In this document: positions 1 through 10,300 of the stretch, piece after piece
Layout: each line of letters opens with the position of its first letter
Position numbering within the stretch: the stretch's first letter is position 1
Assembly (NCBI GenBank): GCA_014905635.1
Contig: JABVCE010000010.1
Coordinates: 620,001-684,000 of the forward strand
Origin: Scenedesmus sp. PABB004
Lineage: Eukaryota
DNA: 64,000 nucleotides
Direction of reading: 5' to 3'
Made by a program: the position numbers and the translations under genes
The notes under the pieces: model-generated
Seen by the model: only the letters and a program-made list of their open reading frames with translations
Database searches by the model: none
Told to the model about the DNA's origin: nothing

Positions 1-875
1 GCGAGGCGGCGGGCGTGCAGTTCCGCGCCGCGGTGGCGGAGCTGCAGGGCAGCGGTGCCGCGCTGGCGGCCGCCGCGGGCGACGCGCACGCGGCGGACGA
101 GGCGCTCGCCGGCAGCCTGGCCGGCGCCGCGCAGGCGGTGGGCCAGCAGGCCAGCGGTGTGTGCCGCCGCCCGGGCGCGCGCCGGGGCGCGCGGCCGCTG
201 CCGCTGCCACCGCCGCCGGCTTCTCGCGAGCTCCGCGCCGCCCGCCTGCCGTGCCCGCAGCCGCCGCCGCGCAGCACGCGGAGCGCCTGGGCGAGGTCGC
301 GGCGAGCGTCGCGGCGCAGACCGCGGCCCGGCTTGCGGTGGCGCCGCCGGCGCTGCCGCCGCGCAGGGAGGTGGACGCGCCCGACCCGCAGCTGGTGGGC
401 CAGCTGTGCTGCCCGCCGGAGCTGGTGCTGGTGGAGCACTTCAGGGAGCAGCGCAAGGCCATCCTGGAGGTGCGCGGCGCCGCGCGCGCGGCTGGCGCGC
501 GGCGCGGCGCGGCGCGGCGCGGCGCGGCGCGGCGCCCGTGCGCCCCGCCCACACGCGCCGCCCACACGCCGCCCGCCGCGCCGCGCCGCGCCGCAGCGCG
601 GCGGCGACCCGGTGGAGGTGTTTGGCCTGCTCGCGCCCGTGGCAGAGGAGGAGGCGCAGGAGCCGGGCAGCGAGGCCGGCGCCGACGCCGCCGCGCCGGA
701 GGAGGCGGCGGCGGGCGAGAACGCGGCGCCCGACTCGCCCGCCAGCGCGGCGGGCAGCGTGCGCAGCATGCGCAGCGCCGCGGCGCCGGCGGCGGCGGGC
801 GAGGCCGGCGGCAAGCGCAGCCGCATCCCCACGCTCAGCCGCGCGGGGCTCGCCGACAGGACCAACGTGGGCTGA
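1..875 (+). CDS. 3' end of a gene entering from the left; probable kinesin-5 (BimC family) C-terminal tail. Exons ~1-156, 261-469, 597-875
   Basis: GT-AG introns 157-260 and 470-596. Spliced peptide ...PPRREVDAPDPQLVGQLCCPPELVLVEHFREQR... resembles the plant kinesin-5 tail and ends RAGLADRTN (D-box-like RxxLxxxN). The motor domain is outside the window, so the family call is inferred. Confidence 0.45.
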   Translation, partial: EAAGVQFRAAVAELQGSGAALAAAAGDAHAADEALAGSLAGAAQAVGQQASGVCRRPGARRGARPLPLPPPPASRELRAARLPCPQPPPRSTRSAWARSRRASRRRPRPGLRWRRRRCRRAGRWTRPTRSWWASCAARRSWCWWSTSGSSARPSWRCAAPRARLARGAARRGAARRGARAPRPHAPPTRRPPRRAAPQRGGDPVEVFGLLAPVAEEEAQEPGSEAGADAAAPEEAAAGENAAPDSPASAAGSVRSMRSAAAPAAAGEAGGKRSRIPTLSRAGLADRTNVG

Positions 876-1007
876 GGTGTTCATGTCAACTGCCTGACCG
901 AGTTGGGGCGGCTGACCGGGAAGGGGTGGGGCGCGGGGTGGGGGCGATTGGCGGCGCGTTGCCGAGGGCGCGGGCGGCTGCGTGCGACCCGACACCCTCC
1001 CAACGGA

Positions 1008-1012
1008 TGTAA
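1008..1012 (+). promoter_or_regulatory. TGTAA chlorophyte polyadenylation signal of the upstream gene
   Basis: TGTAA ~130 nt after the stop at 875. Equivalent signals lie at 41680-41684 (+, after LCB2) and 49858-49862 (-, after the fasciclin gene). Confidence 0.6.
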
Positions 1013-1553
1013 CGCTGACAGCGCACGAGAGAAGCCGAGCCGGTTACCGTCGGGTGCCGCTACGCTGACTAGTTATTGTCGAGGGCCAGAAAAATGGATG
1101 AATCAAGGGCGCCGCAGCACCCCAACCACACCGGGCCGGTTGGCATGCGAGCGGTGCCTGGATGCAGGCGGGCCGCCAACGCGCGGCCAAGTGCTCACAC
1201 ACTCACTCTGCATGGATGGTGCTAGCCGTGCGACTGCTCTACTCTGAAAGTGGCGAGCGCAACAAAATGCCGGTGCTGGGGTTGGGTTGGGGGTTATCCA
1301 TGCCGCCCTCGTGCCTTGCGTCGTGGTGCAGCTTGTGGGCGGGCGGCTGCCGCCGTGCTCGACGCAGTCGCGTGGCGCTGCAGAACGCCATCAAATGTGC
1401 CAATCAAATGGAGACGCCGCCGGGGCCGTCGACGCGGGGGGTCGAACCAACCGACAAACGACAGGCCCAGCAGAAAAAAACGTGAGGCGCACCGCGCGCG
1501 TCCCGTGAGGCGCGTTGGATCAAACAGCGCGCGCTGCCGCCGCGCGCGGCAGC

Positions 1554-4275
1554 CTAGGTGCTCGCGCACGCGACGACGTTGGCGCCCTGCGCGCACTGCG
1601 CGCCGCGCCCGCTCGGCCAGCCGGCCGCGGTGTAGATGGGGCGCCCATTCATAAGAGAGTAGGCCTTGGGCGGGCCCCACCAGCCATAGCCATAGCGCCC
1701 CGCGCCGCGGCCACCCATGCCTCCCATGCCCCAGCTCGAGCCGCCGCGGTGCCCCATCCCGCCGGCGCGCTCCTGCACCTTGGCGCCCTTCGCGGGCGCC
1801 GCAGCGGCCGTGGCGGCCGCGGCGTGGCTCGTGGGGGCGGCGTGCGCGGCGTGCGCGGCGTGCGCGGCGTGCTTGGCGGCCTCCTTGGCGGGTGCGGGCT
1901 TCGCCGGCGCGGCCGCGGCCGTGGCGGGCTTGCTCAGGGGCTTGGCGTGAGCCTTGTGGGTGGCGGCGGGTGCCTTGGCGGCGCGCTCAAGCCCTGGAGT
2001 TGGCGGCGGGAGCGGGGCGCGCGCGTGAGCCCGAGCCGGGCGCGTCGTCTGCAGGCCCAGCTGCACCGGTCGCGTGGCGGCGCGGGCAGTCGGCGGGCTG
2101 CCCGCCGACTCACCGTCCACTTGCCTGTTGGGCGCCCAGGAGCTCCAGGAGCCAGGCCCGTAGCTGCCGCCTGAGTGGGCGCTGCCGCGCTCCTCCTTCT
2201 TGAGGGTGCTGGCCAGGAGGGCGCGCGCCGGCGCCCAGTACTGCCAGGAGTCGGGCCCAGAGCTCCCGCCCGACTTGGCGTTGCCGCGCTCGAGGGCCTC
2301 GCCCTTCACGGGCTGGATGGCGCGCAGCTGGCGCTGGGGCGCCCAGTACTGCCAAGAGTCGGGGCCGGTGCTGCCGCCAGAGTGCGCCTGGCCGCGCTCC
2401 TGCTGCTTGTCGGCGTTGGCCAGCAGGGCGCGCTGGGGCGCCCAGTACTGCCAGGAGTCTGGGCCGGTGCTGCCGCCGGAGTGCGCCTGGCCACGCTCCT
2501 GCTTCTTGTCAGCGTTGGCCAGCAGGGCGCGCTGGGGCGCCCAGTACTGCCAGGAGTCTGGGCCGGTGCTGCCGCCGGAGTGCGCCTGGCCACGCTCCTG
2601 CTTCTTGTCAGCGTTGGCCAGCAGGGCGCGCTGGGGCGCCCAGTACTGCCAGGAGTCAGGGCCGGTGCTGCCGCCAGAGTGCGCCTGGCCGCGCTCCTGC
2701 TGCTTGTCGGCGTTGGCCAGCAGGGCGCGCTGGGGCGCCCAGTACTGCCAGGAGTCTGGGCCGGTGCTGCCGCCGGAGTGCGCCTGGCCACGCTCCTGCT
2801 TCTTGTCAGCGTTGGCCAGCAGGGCGCGCTGGGGCGCCCAGTACTGCCAGGAGTCTGGGCCGGTGCTGCCGCCAGAGTGCGCCTGGCCACGCTCCTGCTG
2901 CTTGTCGGCGTTGGCCAGCAGGGCGCGCTGGGGCGCCCAGTACTGCCAGGAGTCTGGGCCGGTGCTGCCGCCGGAGTGCGCCTGACCGCGCTCCTGCTGC
3001 TTGTCGGCGTTGGCCAGCAGGGCGCGCTGGGGCGCCCAGTACTGCCAGGAGTCTGGGCCGGTGCTGCCGCCAGAGTGCGCCTGACCGCGCTCCTGCTGCT
3101 TGTCGGCGTTGGCCAGCAGGGCGCGCTGGGGCGCCCAGTACTGCCAGGAGTCTGGGCCGGTGCTGCCGCCGGAGTGCGCCTGGCCACGCTCCTGCTGCTT
3201 GTCGGCGTTGGCCAGCAGGGCGCGCTGGGGCGCCCAGTACTGCCAGGAGTCAGGGCCGGTGCTGCCGCCGGAGTGCGCCTGGCCACGCTCCTGCTGCTTG
3301 TCGGCGTTGGCCAGCAGGGCGCGCTGGGGCGCCCAGTACTGCCAGGAGTCTGGGCCGGTGCTGCCGCCGGAGTGCGCCTGGCCACGCTCCTGCTGCTTGT
3401 CAGCGTTGGCCAGCAGGGCGCGCTGGGGCGCCCAGTACTGCCAGGAGTCTGGGCCGGTGCTGCCGCCGGAGTGCGCCTGGCCACGCTCCTGCTTCTTGTC
3501 AGCGTTGGCCAGCAGGGCGCGCTGGGGCGCCCAGTACTGCCAGGAGTCAGGGCCGGTGCTGCCGCCAGAGTGCGCCTGGCCACGCTCCTGCTGCTTGTCG
3601 GCGTTGGCCAGCAGGGCGCGCTGGGGCGCCCAGTACTGCCAGGAGTCTGGGCCGGTGCTGCCGCCGGAGTGCGCCTGGCCACGCTCCTGCTTCTTGTCAG
3701 CGTTGGCCAGGGGGGCGTGCGAGCCGTCGTTGGTGGCGGCGCCCTTCTCAGGAGTGGTCGCTGCGGGCAGCGACAGGCAGGCGGGGTGGTGTAAGCGAGC
3801 AGGCATCGCCACAGCACGGCAGCCGCTGCCGCAGCCGAGCGCGCGCCGCGCCGCGCGGCGGCGCCCGCTCACCGAGGAGGCCGCGGATCGTGTTGGTGCG
3901 GGCCTGCTTCCAGCCGCCCACGATCTGGTTGTCGCGGATGTTGTTGCCGGCGCGGCGCTGGTAGTTGTACCCACGCTCGTGCACCGCGTCGCTGCCGGGC
4001 TCGGGCAGCTCCTTGATCGGCCGGGCGGCGGCGTCGGCTGCGCACGGCGGACGCGGCGGCGCGGGGCGACGGGCGTGAGAGCGGGGCGCGGCGGCGGCGG
4101 CCCAGCGCGCGCGGCGTGTGGGGCTGCGGCCGGGGGCGGTGCGGGCGCGCGCCCCGCGCTCTGGGCGCCGCCGCCAGCCCCCACGCCCCCGCCAGGCCGC
4201 GCCGCCGGCGCGCCGCGAGCGCTCACCCGCAATGGCCGTGGCCAGCAGCAGGGCTGCGACGGTGCACAGCTTCAT
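1554..4275 (-). CDS. Secreted multi-repeat peptide precursor (~766 aa). Exons 4275-4227, 4037-3873, 3760-2114, 1993-1554
   Basis: GCCGCCATG start and signal peptide MKLCTVAALLLATAIAADAAA. Three phase-1 GTGAG..CAG introns give a 2301-nt in-frame CDS. Contains 14 copies of LANADK(K/Q)QERGQAHSGGSTGPDSWQYWAPQR(A/Q)L plus 2 variants, then an Ala/Lys/His-rich linker and a Gly/aromatic C-terminal segment. Confidence 0.85.
2120..3710 (-). repeat. Coding 99-bp tandem array: 14 near-identical units (~2325-3710) plus 2 degenerate units (~2120-2325)
   Basis: The motif cagtactgcc recurs every 99 bp from 2344 to 3631. Units differ by synonymous SNPs and a K/Q codon (the last unit ends RQLR). Confidence 0.95.
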
Positions 4276-4950
4276 GGCGGCGGGCGTGTCGTGCACGGGG
4301 CTTGGTCAAGCCGCCTGGTCAAGCGCGCGGGCGGGCGGCGCGGGTGGGCGTCAGGGCGGGGCGCCGCATGGTCCCAGAGGCGCATCCTAGGGCGGGGGAG
4401 CGTTCTCGTGGCCCGCTGCGGCGCGCGGAGGCCTGGCGCGCGGGCTGGCGGGCCTACGGCCTGGGGGCGCCCGGACGCGAGCGCGCGCGTCGCGGCTGGC
4501 CGTTCGCGCGGGCGCTGCCACGGCGCAAGCGAGGCGTAGGCCGCGACCCTCACCTCCGGTGGCGTGCGTCGGGGGTGGCGTGGCCGGCACGCGCGGGGAG
4601 GAGGTGGTCGGAGTGCTGCACTCGTCGACGGCGACCGCACAATGGCGCTGGAGCGAGCGCAACGCGACCTTTATGCGCGTGGTGGGCCTACCGGGCGCGC
4701 GTTAGTCTGGGCGGGACGCGGGCCCCCGCGGCCCGCGTGCTGCCCGCGCAGCTGCCCGCGCAGCTGCGCCCAATCGGCTGGCAAGTGTGAGCGTGCTGGG
4801 GCGCACACTGGTGAGAGCGGGCGAGCTGCGCCGCGCGCTGTGGCGCGTGGCCAGCCGGCGACGCTGCTGCCGCCGCTGCCAGCGCCGGCCCGGCGGCCGC
4901 ACGGCGCATCGCCTGTTGCAGCAGCCCACGCCCCAGCAGCACACAGCCAG

Positions 4951-6950
4951 CTACCGCTGACCAGCGACGCCGCCCGAGGAAGAGGGCGTGCCGGCACGCA
5001 GCAGGCGCCGCGCGTCGCCGCCCGGGGCCGTGTCCGGGTCCTCGCCAGGCGGCGGCGCGCCCGGCTTGGTGCCGCCCGTGCTGCTGCTGCCGCCGCCGGC
5101 CTGCAGGCTCGCCATCTGCAGCGACTGCTGCTCCCCCGGCGGCGCGCCGCCGCCGCCGGGCGCGCCGCCGCCGGCCTCGCTGCTCTGCAGCGGCGCGTAG
5201 CCGGCGCGCAGCCGCGCCGCGACGCGCGCGGCCATGAAGCACGCCGCGCCGCCGGCGAGCGCAGCGACGGCGCTGAAGACCACCCAGCTCGCGACGCGCA
5301 CGCCGCCGGGCAGCACCGCGTCCGCGCCCGTGTCGAGGCCGCGGCGCGGCTGCAGCAGTGCCGGGTTCATCGTCGCCAGGTACTGGTACGTGCAGCCGCC
5401 CGGCTGCCCGGGCGCCGGCTGCAGCAGCAGCGCGCTGCCCTGGCGGAAGAGCCGCCCCGGCGACGCGCCCGCGGCGCAGTCGGCCGGCGGCGGCGGCGCG
5501 CCGGCGGCGCCGGCGCCGCGCCGCGCCGCCGCCTCGTCCTCCGCAGCGCTGAGCGCGTCGTCCGCGCCCTCGTCCTCATCGCCGGCCTCGCCGCCGCCGG
5601 CCGCCGTTGCCAGCCGGCGCCGCTGCCGCCGCCGCCGCGCCGCGCGCAGCCGCAGGCGGCGGCGGCGCCGGTCGCCCCCGCCCGCCCCCAGCGCGGCGCT
5701 GTCGGCTGAGGCGCTGCCGTTCGCAGCAGCGCCGGTGACGTTGGCGCCTGCGGCGCTCGGCGCTGGCACTGCGCCGGCGTCCGTGCCGGAGGCGCCGGCG
5801 TCCGCGCCGGCGGCGCCAGCTGCCGCGGCGCCGCCGACGCTGCCGCCGCCGGCGGTGCCGTTGAGCGGCTGGGACGCATTCGCGGCCGCCGCTGCCGGCG
5901 GCCCCGGCGCCGGCACGCCTGTATTGTTCACGCCCGCCGCGCCCGCCGCGGCGCCAGCAGCGCCCGCCGCCGGCAGCGGCGCGGGCGTTGAGGGCGGGAC
6001 GGGCTGCTGCTGCGGCTGGCCGCCGGGCTTGTGCCGCCTGCCTGGGCGGGCCCGCGCGCCCCCCGCGGCCGTGCTGTTGCTGCGGTGCCGCGCCCCCGCC
6101 GCGGCCGTGCCGTTGCGCGGCCGGTGGCCGCCGCGCCGGCGCGGCTGCGCGGGGCGGTGGCGCGGCGCGCTGCCGCCGGCCGCGCCCGGCGCTGCCGCGG
6201 CGGTGGCGTTGGCGCCGCCCGCTGCCTGCGCCGGCGCCGGCGCCGACGCCGCGCTGCCGGCGCTGGCGCAGCTCGCGCCGGTCCGGCCCTTGCGCTGCGC
6301 GACCGCGCGGCCAAACAGCTTTGCCAGGCTCGCCAGCGCCGCGGCCTGCGCGCTGGACGTGTTGACGGGGACGTCGGACCCCAGCGACGCCGGCAGCGCA
6401 TTGGCGAACTTGGCGGGGCTGATCACGCCGACCAGGCTCGCCGAGTTCGCGTCTGCGCCCGCGGGCAGCGCCGGCGCTCGCGCGCTGCGCTGCGCAGCGC
6501 CGGCGCTGCGCGCGCAGCGTCGCGCCCCCGCCGCCGCGCGCGGCCCCGCGCACCTGTGAGCGCGCCGCGCGCAAACATCGCCGCGCACAGCGCCGCGTGC
6601 CGCGAGCCGCGCGGCGGGCGCGGCGTCAGCACGACGGTGCAGTCCTGCACCGTCGCGCGCACGGACGAGAAGCAGGCCGCGACGGCCGCCGCGACCGCCG
6701 AGTGCCCGGGGCGGCACGCGGGCGCCAGCTGCGCCGCATTGGCGAGCACCAGGCGGCTCGCGCCCGTGTTGCACGTGCGCCAGGTGGTGTTGGTGTGGGT
6801 GCTGGCCTGCGCGCCAGGCGCGGCGCCCGCCGCGCCGCCGCCGCACGCGAGCGACAGCCCGAGCAGCAGCAGCGGCAGCAGCGCCGGCAGCGGCGCCGAG
6901 CGTTGCCCGCGCCCTGCGGAGGCGCTGCCCGGGTCGCGGCGCCTCGTCAT
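4951..6950 (-). CDS. Uncharacterised type-I membrane protein: signal peptide, Cys-containing N-domain, Ala/Gly-rich N-glycosylated stalk, one TM helix, short cytosolic tail. Exons 6950-6554, 6452-4951
   Basis: Hydrophobic PALLPLLLLGLSLACGG; intron 6553-6453 (GTG..CAG, in frame); several NxT/S sites; TM segment VASWVVFSAVAALAGGAACFMAA followed by R..R.R and YAPL. Confidence 0.6.
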
Positions 6951-7373
6951 GAGGACCGGCGCCCTCAGCACGAGCGGCGGGAAGCGCCCAGCTCGAGGGT
7001 GCTGCACGCGAGGAGGCCCGCCCGGGGCCCTAGGCCGCGCACTCCCGTCTCGCCGTGAGCAGCTCGGGCGCGGAGCGCGGCACTGGCTTGGCCAGCGATC
7101 GGTCGCGAGGGGGCGCAAGAGCGGGGCGCGCAGCCGCGCCGCGGGGCGCGACGGCGGGCGGCACGGCAGCGGCGCGCGTCGTTCGCGGCGGCAGCAGCGC
7201 GCGAGCAGCAGCTCCTAGCTGAGTGAGGCGTGAGCGCCCCAGGTGGGGGGCGTCGGCGCGGCGCACTAGAACCTCGGCGCCTGCCCGCGTGACGAGCGAC
7301 CGGCGCCGCCGCCCCGCCGCGCGCCGCGCCGCGGCGCACGCACACCCCCGTTCCCCCCCGCCACCCCGCAACG

Positions 7374-8576
7374 ATGCGCGCCGCTGTGTTGCTCCTGCTG
7401 CTCGTGGCGCTCGCGGCGGCGCGCGCGGGCGCCGCCGCGCCGCCGCGCCGCGCCCTGCTGCAGGGCGGCCCCGGCGCGGCCCCGAGCGCGGCGGCGGGGG
7501 CGATGGCGGGCCGCCGGGCCTTGGAGGCGGCGGGCCGCCGGGCCTGGGCGGCGGCGGGCCGCCGGGCCTCGGCGGCGGCGGCGCTGCGGGCCTCGGCAGC
7601 AGCGGCGGCACGGGCCTGCCCAGCGGCGGTGGCGGGCCGCTGATCGGCCCGCAGCTGCCGCCGCTGGCGGTGCAGCCCGCGCCGGCGACGCCCTTCGCAG
7701 CGGGCCCGGGGCTGCCGGCAGCTGCTGCGCAGCTGCCGGCAGCGCCGCCGGGCCTGCCGAGCCTGCCGCCGGGCGGGCTGCAGGCGGGCGACGTGGGCGC
7801 GCTCATCAGCAACGCGCTCGCGTCCAGCCGCGCCGACGCGGCCGCCACCGTGCTGGTCGCCGCGCCCGGGCAGGGCCAGGCGAGCGCGGCGGCCGGCGTC
7901 CTGGTCTCCCAGGCCCAGCGCGGCAGCAGCGAGGCGGTGGCCGCGGCGACCGCGACCGCGGCGGCGCAGAACGCGGCCGCCACGGCCACGGTGCTGGCGC
8001 AGGCCGCGGTCGAGGCGGTGCAGCGCGGCGCGCAGGAGAGCTTTGGCCGCTCCCAGGCGCGCGCCCTGTCCAAGGCGCGCGGCGCGGGGCGCGTGGACGC
8101 GATGGCCGCCACGTTTGCGCAGGCCATCAACGAGGGCGGCGCCAGCGCGGCGAGCGCCTACGGCGTCGCGTTTGCCCAGGCCGCCGGCGGTGCCAGCGAC
8201 GAGCAGCAGGCGCTCGCCGAGGCGACCGCCGTCGCGTTCTGCTCCGGCGGCAGCACCGCCACTGCGTTCGCGAGCGCGTACTCTGTGGCGCTCTCGCGCA
8301 ACGCGCAGGTGCGTTGGCCGGGGCGCGCGGGGCACTGCTGCCGCGCTCGCCCCTGCCGCGGTGGCGGCCCCCGACGCCCGCCCGCCCGCCGCGCGGTGCT
8401 GCGCCGCGCCGCCGCCACGCCGCCAGGGCTGCCTGGTGCTGTCGCGCGCGCGCGCCATTGCGATTGCGCAGTGCGGCGGCGGGCAATTCCGTGCTTATGC
8501 CGAGGCCAGCGCGACGAGCGAGGTCATCGGCTTCTGCAGGACGCGCCGCCTGGGGCTGTGGGACCTGCTCGGCTGA
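7374..8576 (+). CDS. Secreted Ala-rich protein with a C-terminal Cys-bracketed domain; apparent 1-bp frameshift near 7475; intron 8309-8426
   Basis: Signal peptide MRAAVLLLLLVALAAARA, then RRALLQ. GGPPGLGG repeats and the AQA-rich domain ..AFCSGGSTATAFASAYSVALSRNAQ|GCLVLSRARAIAIAQCGGG..VIGFC lie in another frame; one extra C at ~7475 would join the two. Confidence 0.7.
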
Positions 8577-8804
8577 GCCCGCGGCCCCGCCCGCTCGCGA
8601 GCGGGCAGGCGGGCTGGGGCGGCAGCGCCGGACCAATGCGCGGCGCGCCGAGGACGAGCCGCGGGGCGGGCGCGCGGGGGTGCGAGTTGAGGCTGGCTCG
8701 CAGCGTGGCAGGGTCAGCGCGCCGGGCCGGAGCGGAGCAGCAGAGTAACATTGCGGGGTCAACCGCCGCGCGTCACTTGACTGCCCGCAGCCCCGAGGCG
8801 GCCC

Positions 8805-9850
8805 TCATCGCTGGCCCAGCAGCAGCGGCTCGCGCAGCGGGTCGTGCGGCGCCCGTCCGCCGGCGAGCACGCCCGCGGCGGCCGCGTGGCAGCTCAGCAG
8901 CGCCTGCGCGAGCGGCGACGCCGGCCGGCGCGGGGAGGCTGCGCTGCAGGAGCTGCTGCTGCCACCGCTGCCGCAACCGCCGACGCCGCCGCCAGCAGCA
9001 GCTGCCACCGCCGCCGGTGGCAGAGCTGCTCCTGCTGCCTCTCGCCGGCGTTCGGCGTCGAGAGGCAGCACTGGTCGCGGCGCGAGCAGCGGCCACGCCT
9101 GCTGCACGATGCGCGATGCGCGCTGCTGCTGCGGCGGCGGCTGCTGCTGCTGTGGCTGCCGCTCCACCCCGGCCAGCGCCTGCTGCTGCTCGGCTGGCTC
9201 CATCGCCTGCGGCGCGGGCCACACCGCTGCGCGGCTGCGCCGCTGGGGCGGCGCGGGCGGCGGCGCGCTCAGGCGGGCCGCGCCGCCCGCCACCGCGGCG
9301 GCGATCTGCGCGCGACGCGCGGGGCGTGCGCGCGCCAGGTCAGCAGCGGAGGCCAGCGGCCTCCTCCCGAGCGGCCAGCGCGCGAGGCACGGCGCCGCAC
9401 CTTCCGCCGCGCGGCCTCCTCGCACGCGGCGAGCTGTGCGGGCGACTCGGCGGCGAGCACGAGCCGCACCGCCGCCTCCCGGCGCTCCAGCGCCCGCGCC
9501 TGCGCCGCCGCGGTCGCGCGTGCAGCGGCCACCGAGGCGCCGTGCCGCCGCGCCGCCGGCGTCGCCTCCTGCGATGGCCACGCCACCTTTGGGCTGGCGG
9601 CGGGGCCCGGGCGGCGGCGGCGGCGCGCCGCACGGCGCGTGCGGGGCCGGCGCGCGGCGCTGCCGCGCGTCGGTGCGGCGGCGGCGAGCGGGCGGCCGCG
9701 GCCGCTCACTGTGTGATGTTCTGGCGAGCTTCTTGGCCAGCGTGGGTGCGTAGCTCGAAGGCGGGCGGACAGGGAAGGCGGGCGGACAGGGCACAAGCCC
9801 CTGCAGCCCGAAGCCCTGTCGCTGACGCGCGCTCCTTGACCAGCACACGC
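8805..9850 (-). CDS. Hypothetical spliced protein, start not identified
   Basis: Donors near 9709 (GTGAGC) and 9400 (GTGCGG) separate coding-like segments (..YAPTLAKKLARTSH; ..QARALERREAAVRLVLAAESPAQLAACEEAARRK; ..MEPAEQQQ..DPLREPLLLGQR*). No domain recognised. Confidence 0.3.
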
Positions 9851-10300
9851 GTCCCCCGGACCAGCCGTGGCGAGGCGGGCAGGCGTCGCTGCGTCCGTCG
9901 CGCGCTGCAGCAGCGGGCCGCGTGAATCAGGCTCGCCGGCTCTCGGCCGTGGGGTTCAGGTGAGGAGGGGGCTTTGTGGGCACCGTGTGGGGCGCGGCAC
10001 GACCATCCGGGCCCGGCACGCGGCGTGGGCGGGGCAGATGCTGCTCCAGGAGCAGCAGCAGCAAGCCCCGGCAGCGAGCAGGCCCCAAGCTCGGGGCAGC
10101 CCCGGCCCGGCGCTGAGGGTGGCGGGGGAGCAAGCAACGCGGCACCGAGGCTCGCGCCCAGGCCCCCTCCCCCCTCGCCGCCGCGTGCCGCTGCTGCGCC
10201 GCGCGCGCCCGCTGACGCCCGCAGGCCGCTTTCGCCGGCGCACGCAGGCCGCATGGCGCGCCGCCCCTGAGGCGGCCGCCGGGCCGGGCCGGCCGGCGCG

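Noticed and set aside
2325..3710. 99-bp array as a CRISPR array or non-coding satellite
   Set aside because: There are no unique spacers, the unit length is a multiple of 3, variation is mostly synonymous, and it lies in a spliced signal-peptide gene.
2120..3710. Core as a lasso peptide (Gly1, aromatic tail)
   Set aside because: The only acidic residue is at position 12, outside the usual 7-9 ring position; no lasso B/C enzymes are present and the context is eukaryotic secretory.
2175..3794. 539-aa plus-strand ORF and other-frame ORFs over the array
   Set aside because: Antisense or off-frame shadows of the repeat; the splice signals and signal peptide support only the minus-strand ERG..WQYW frame.
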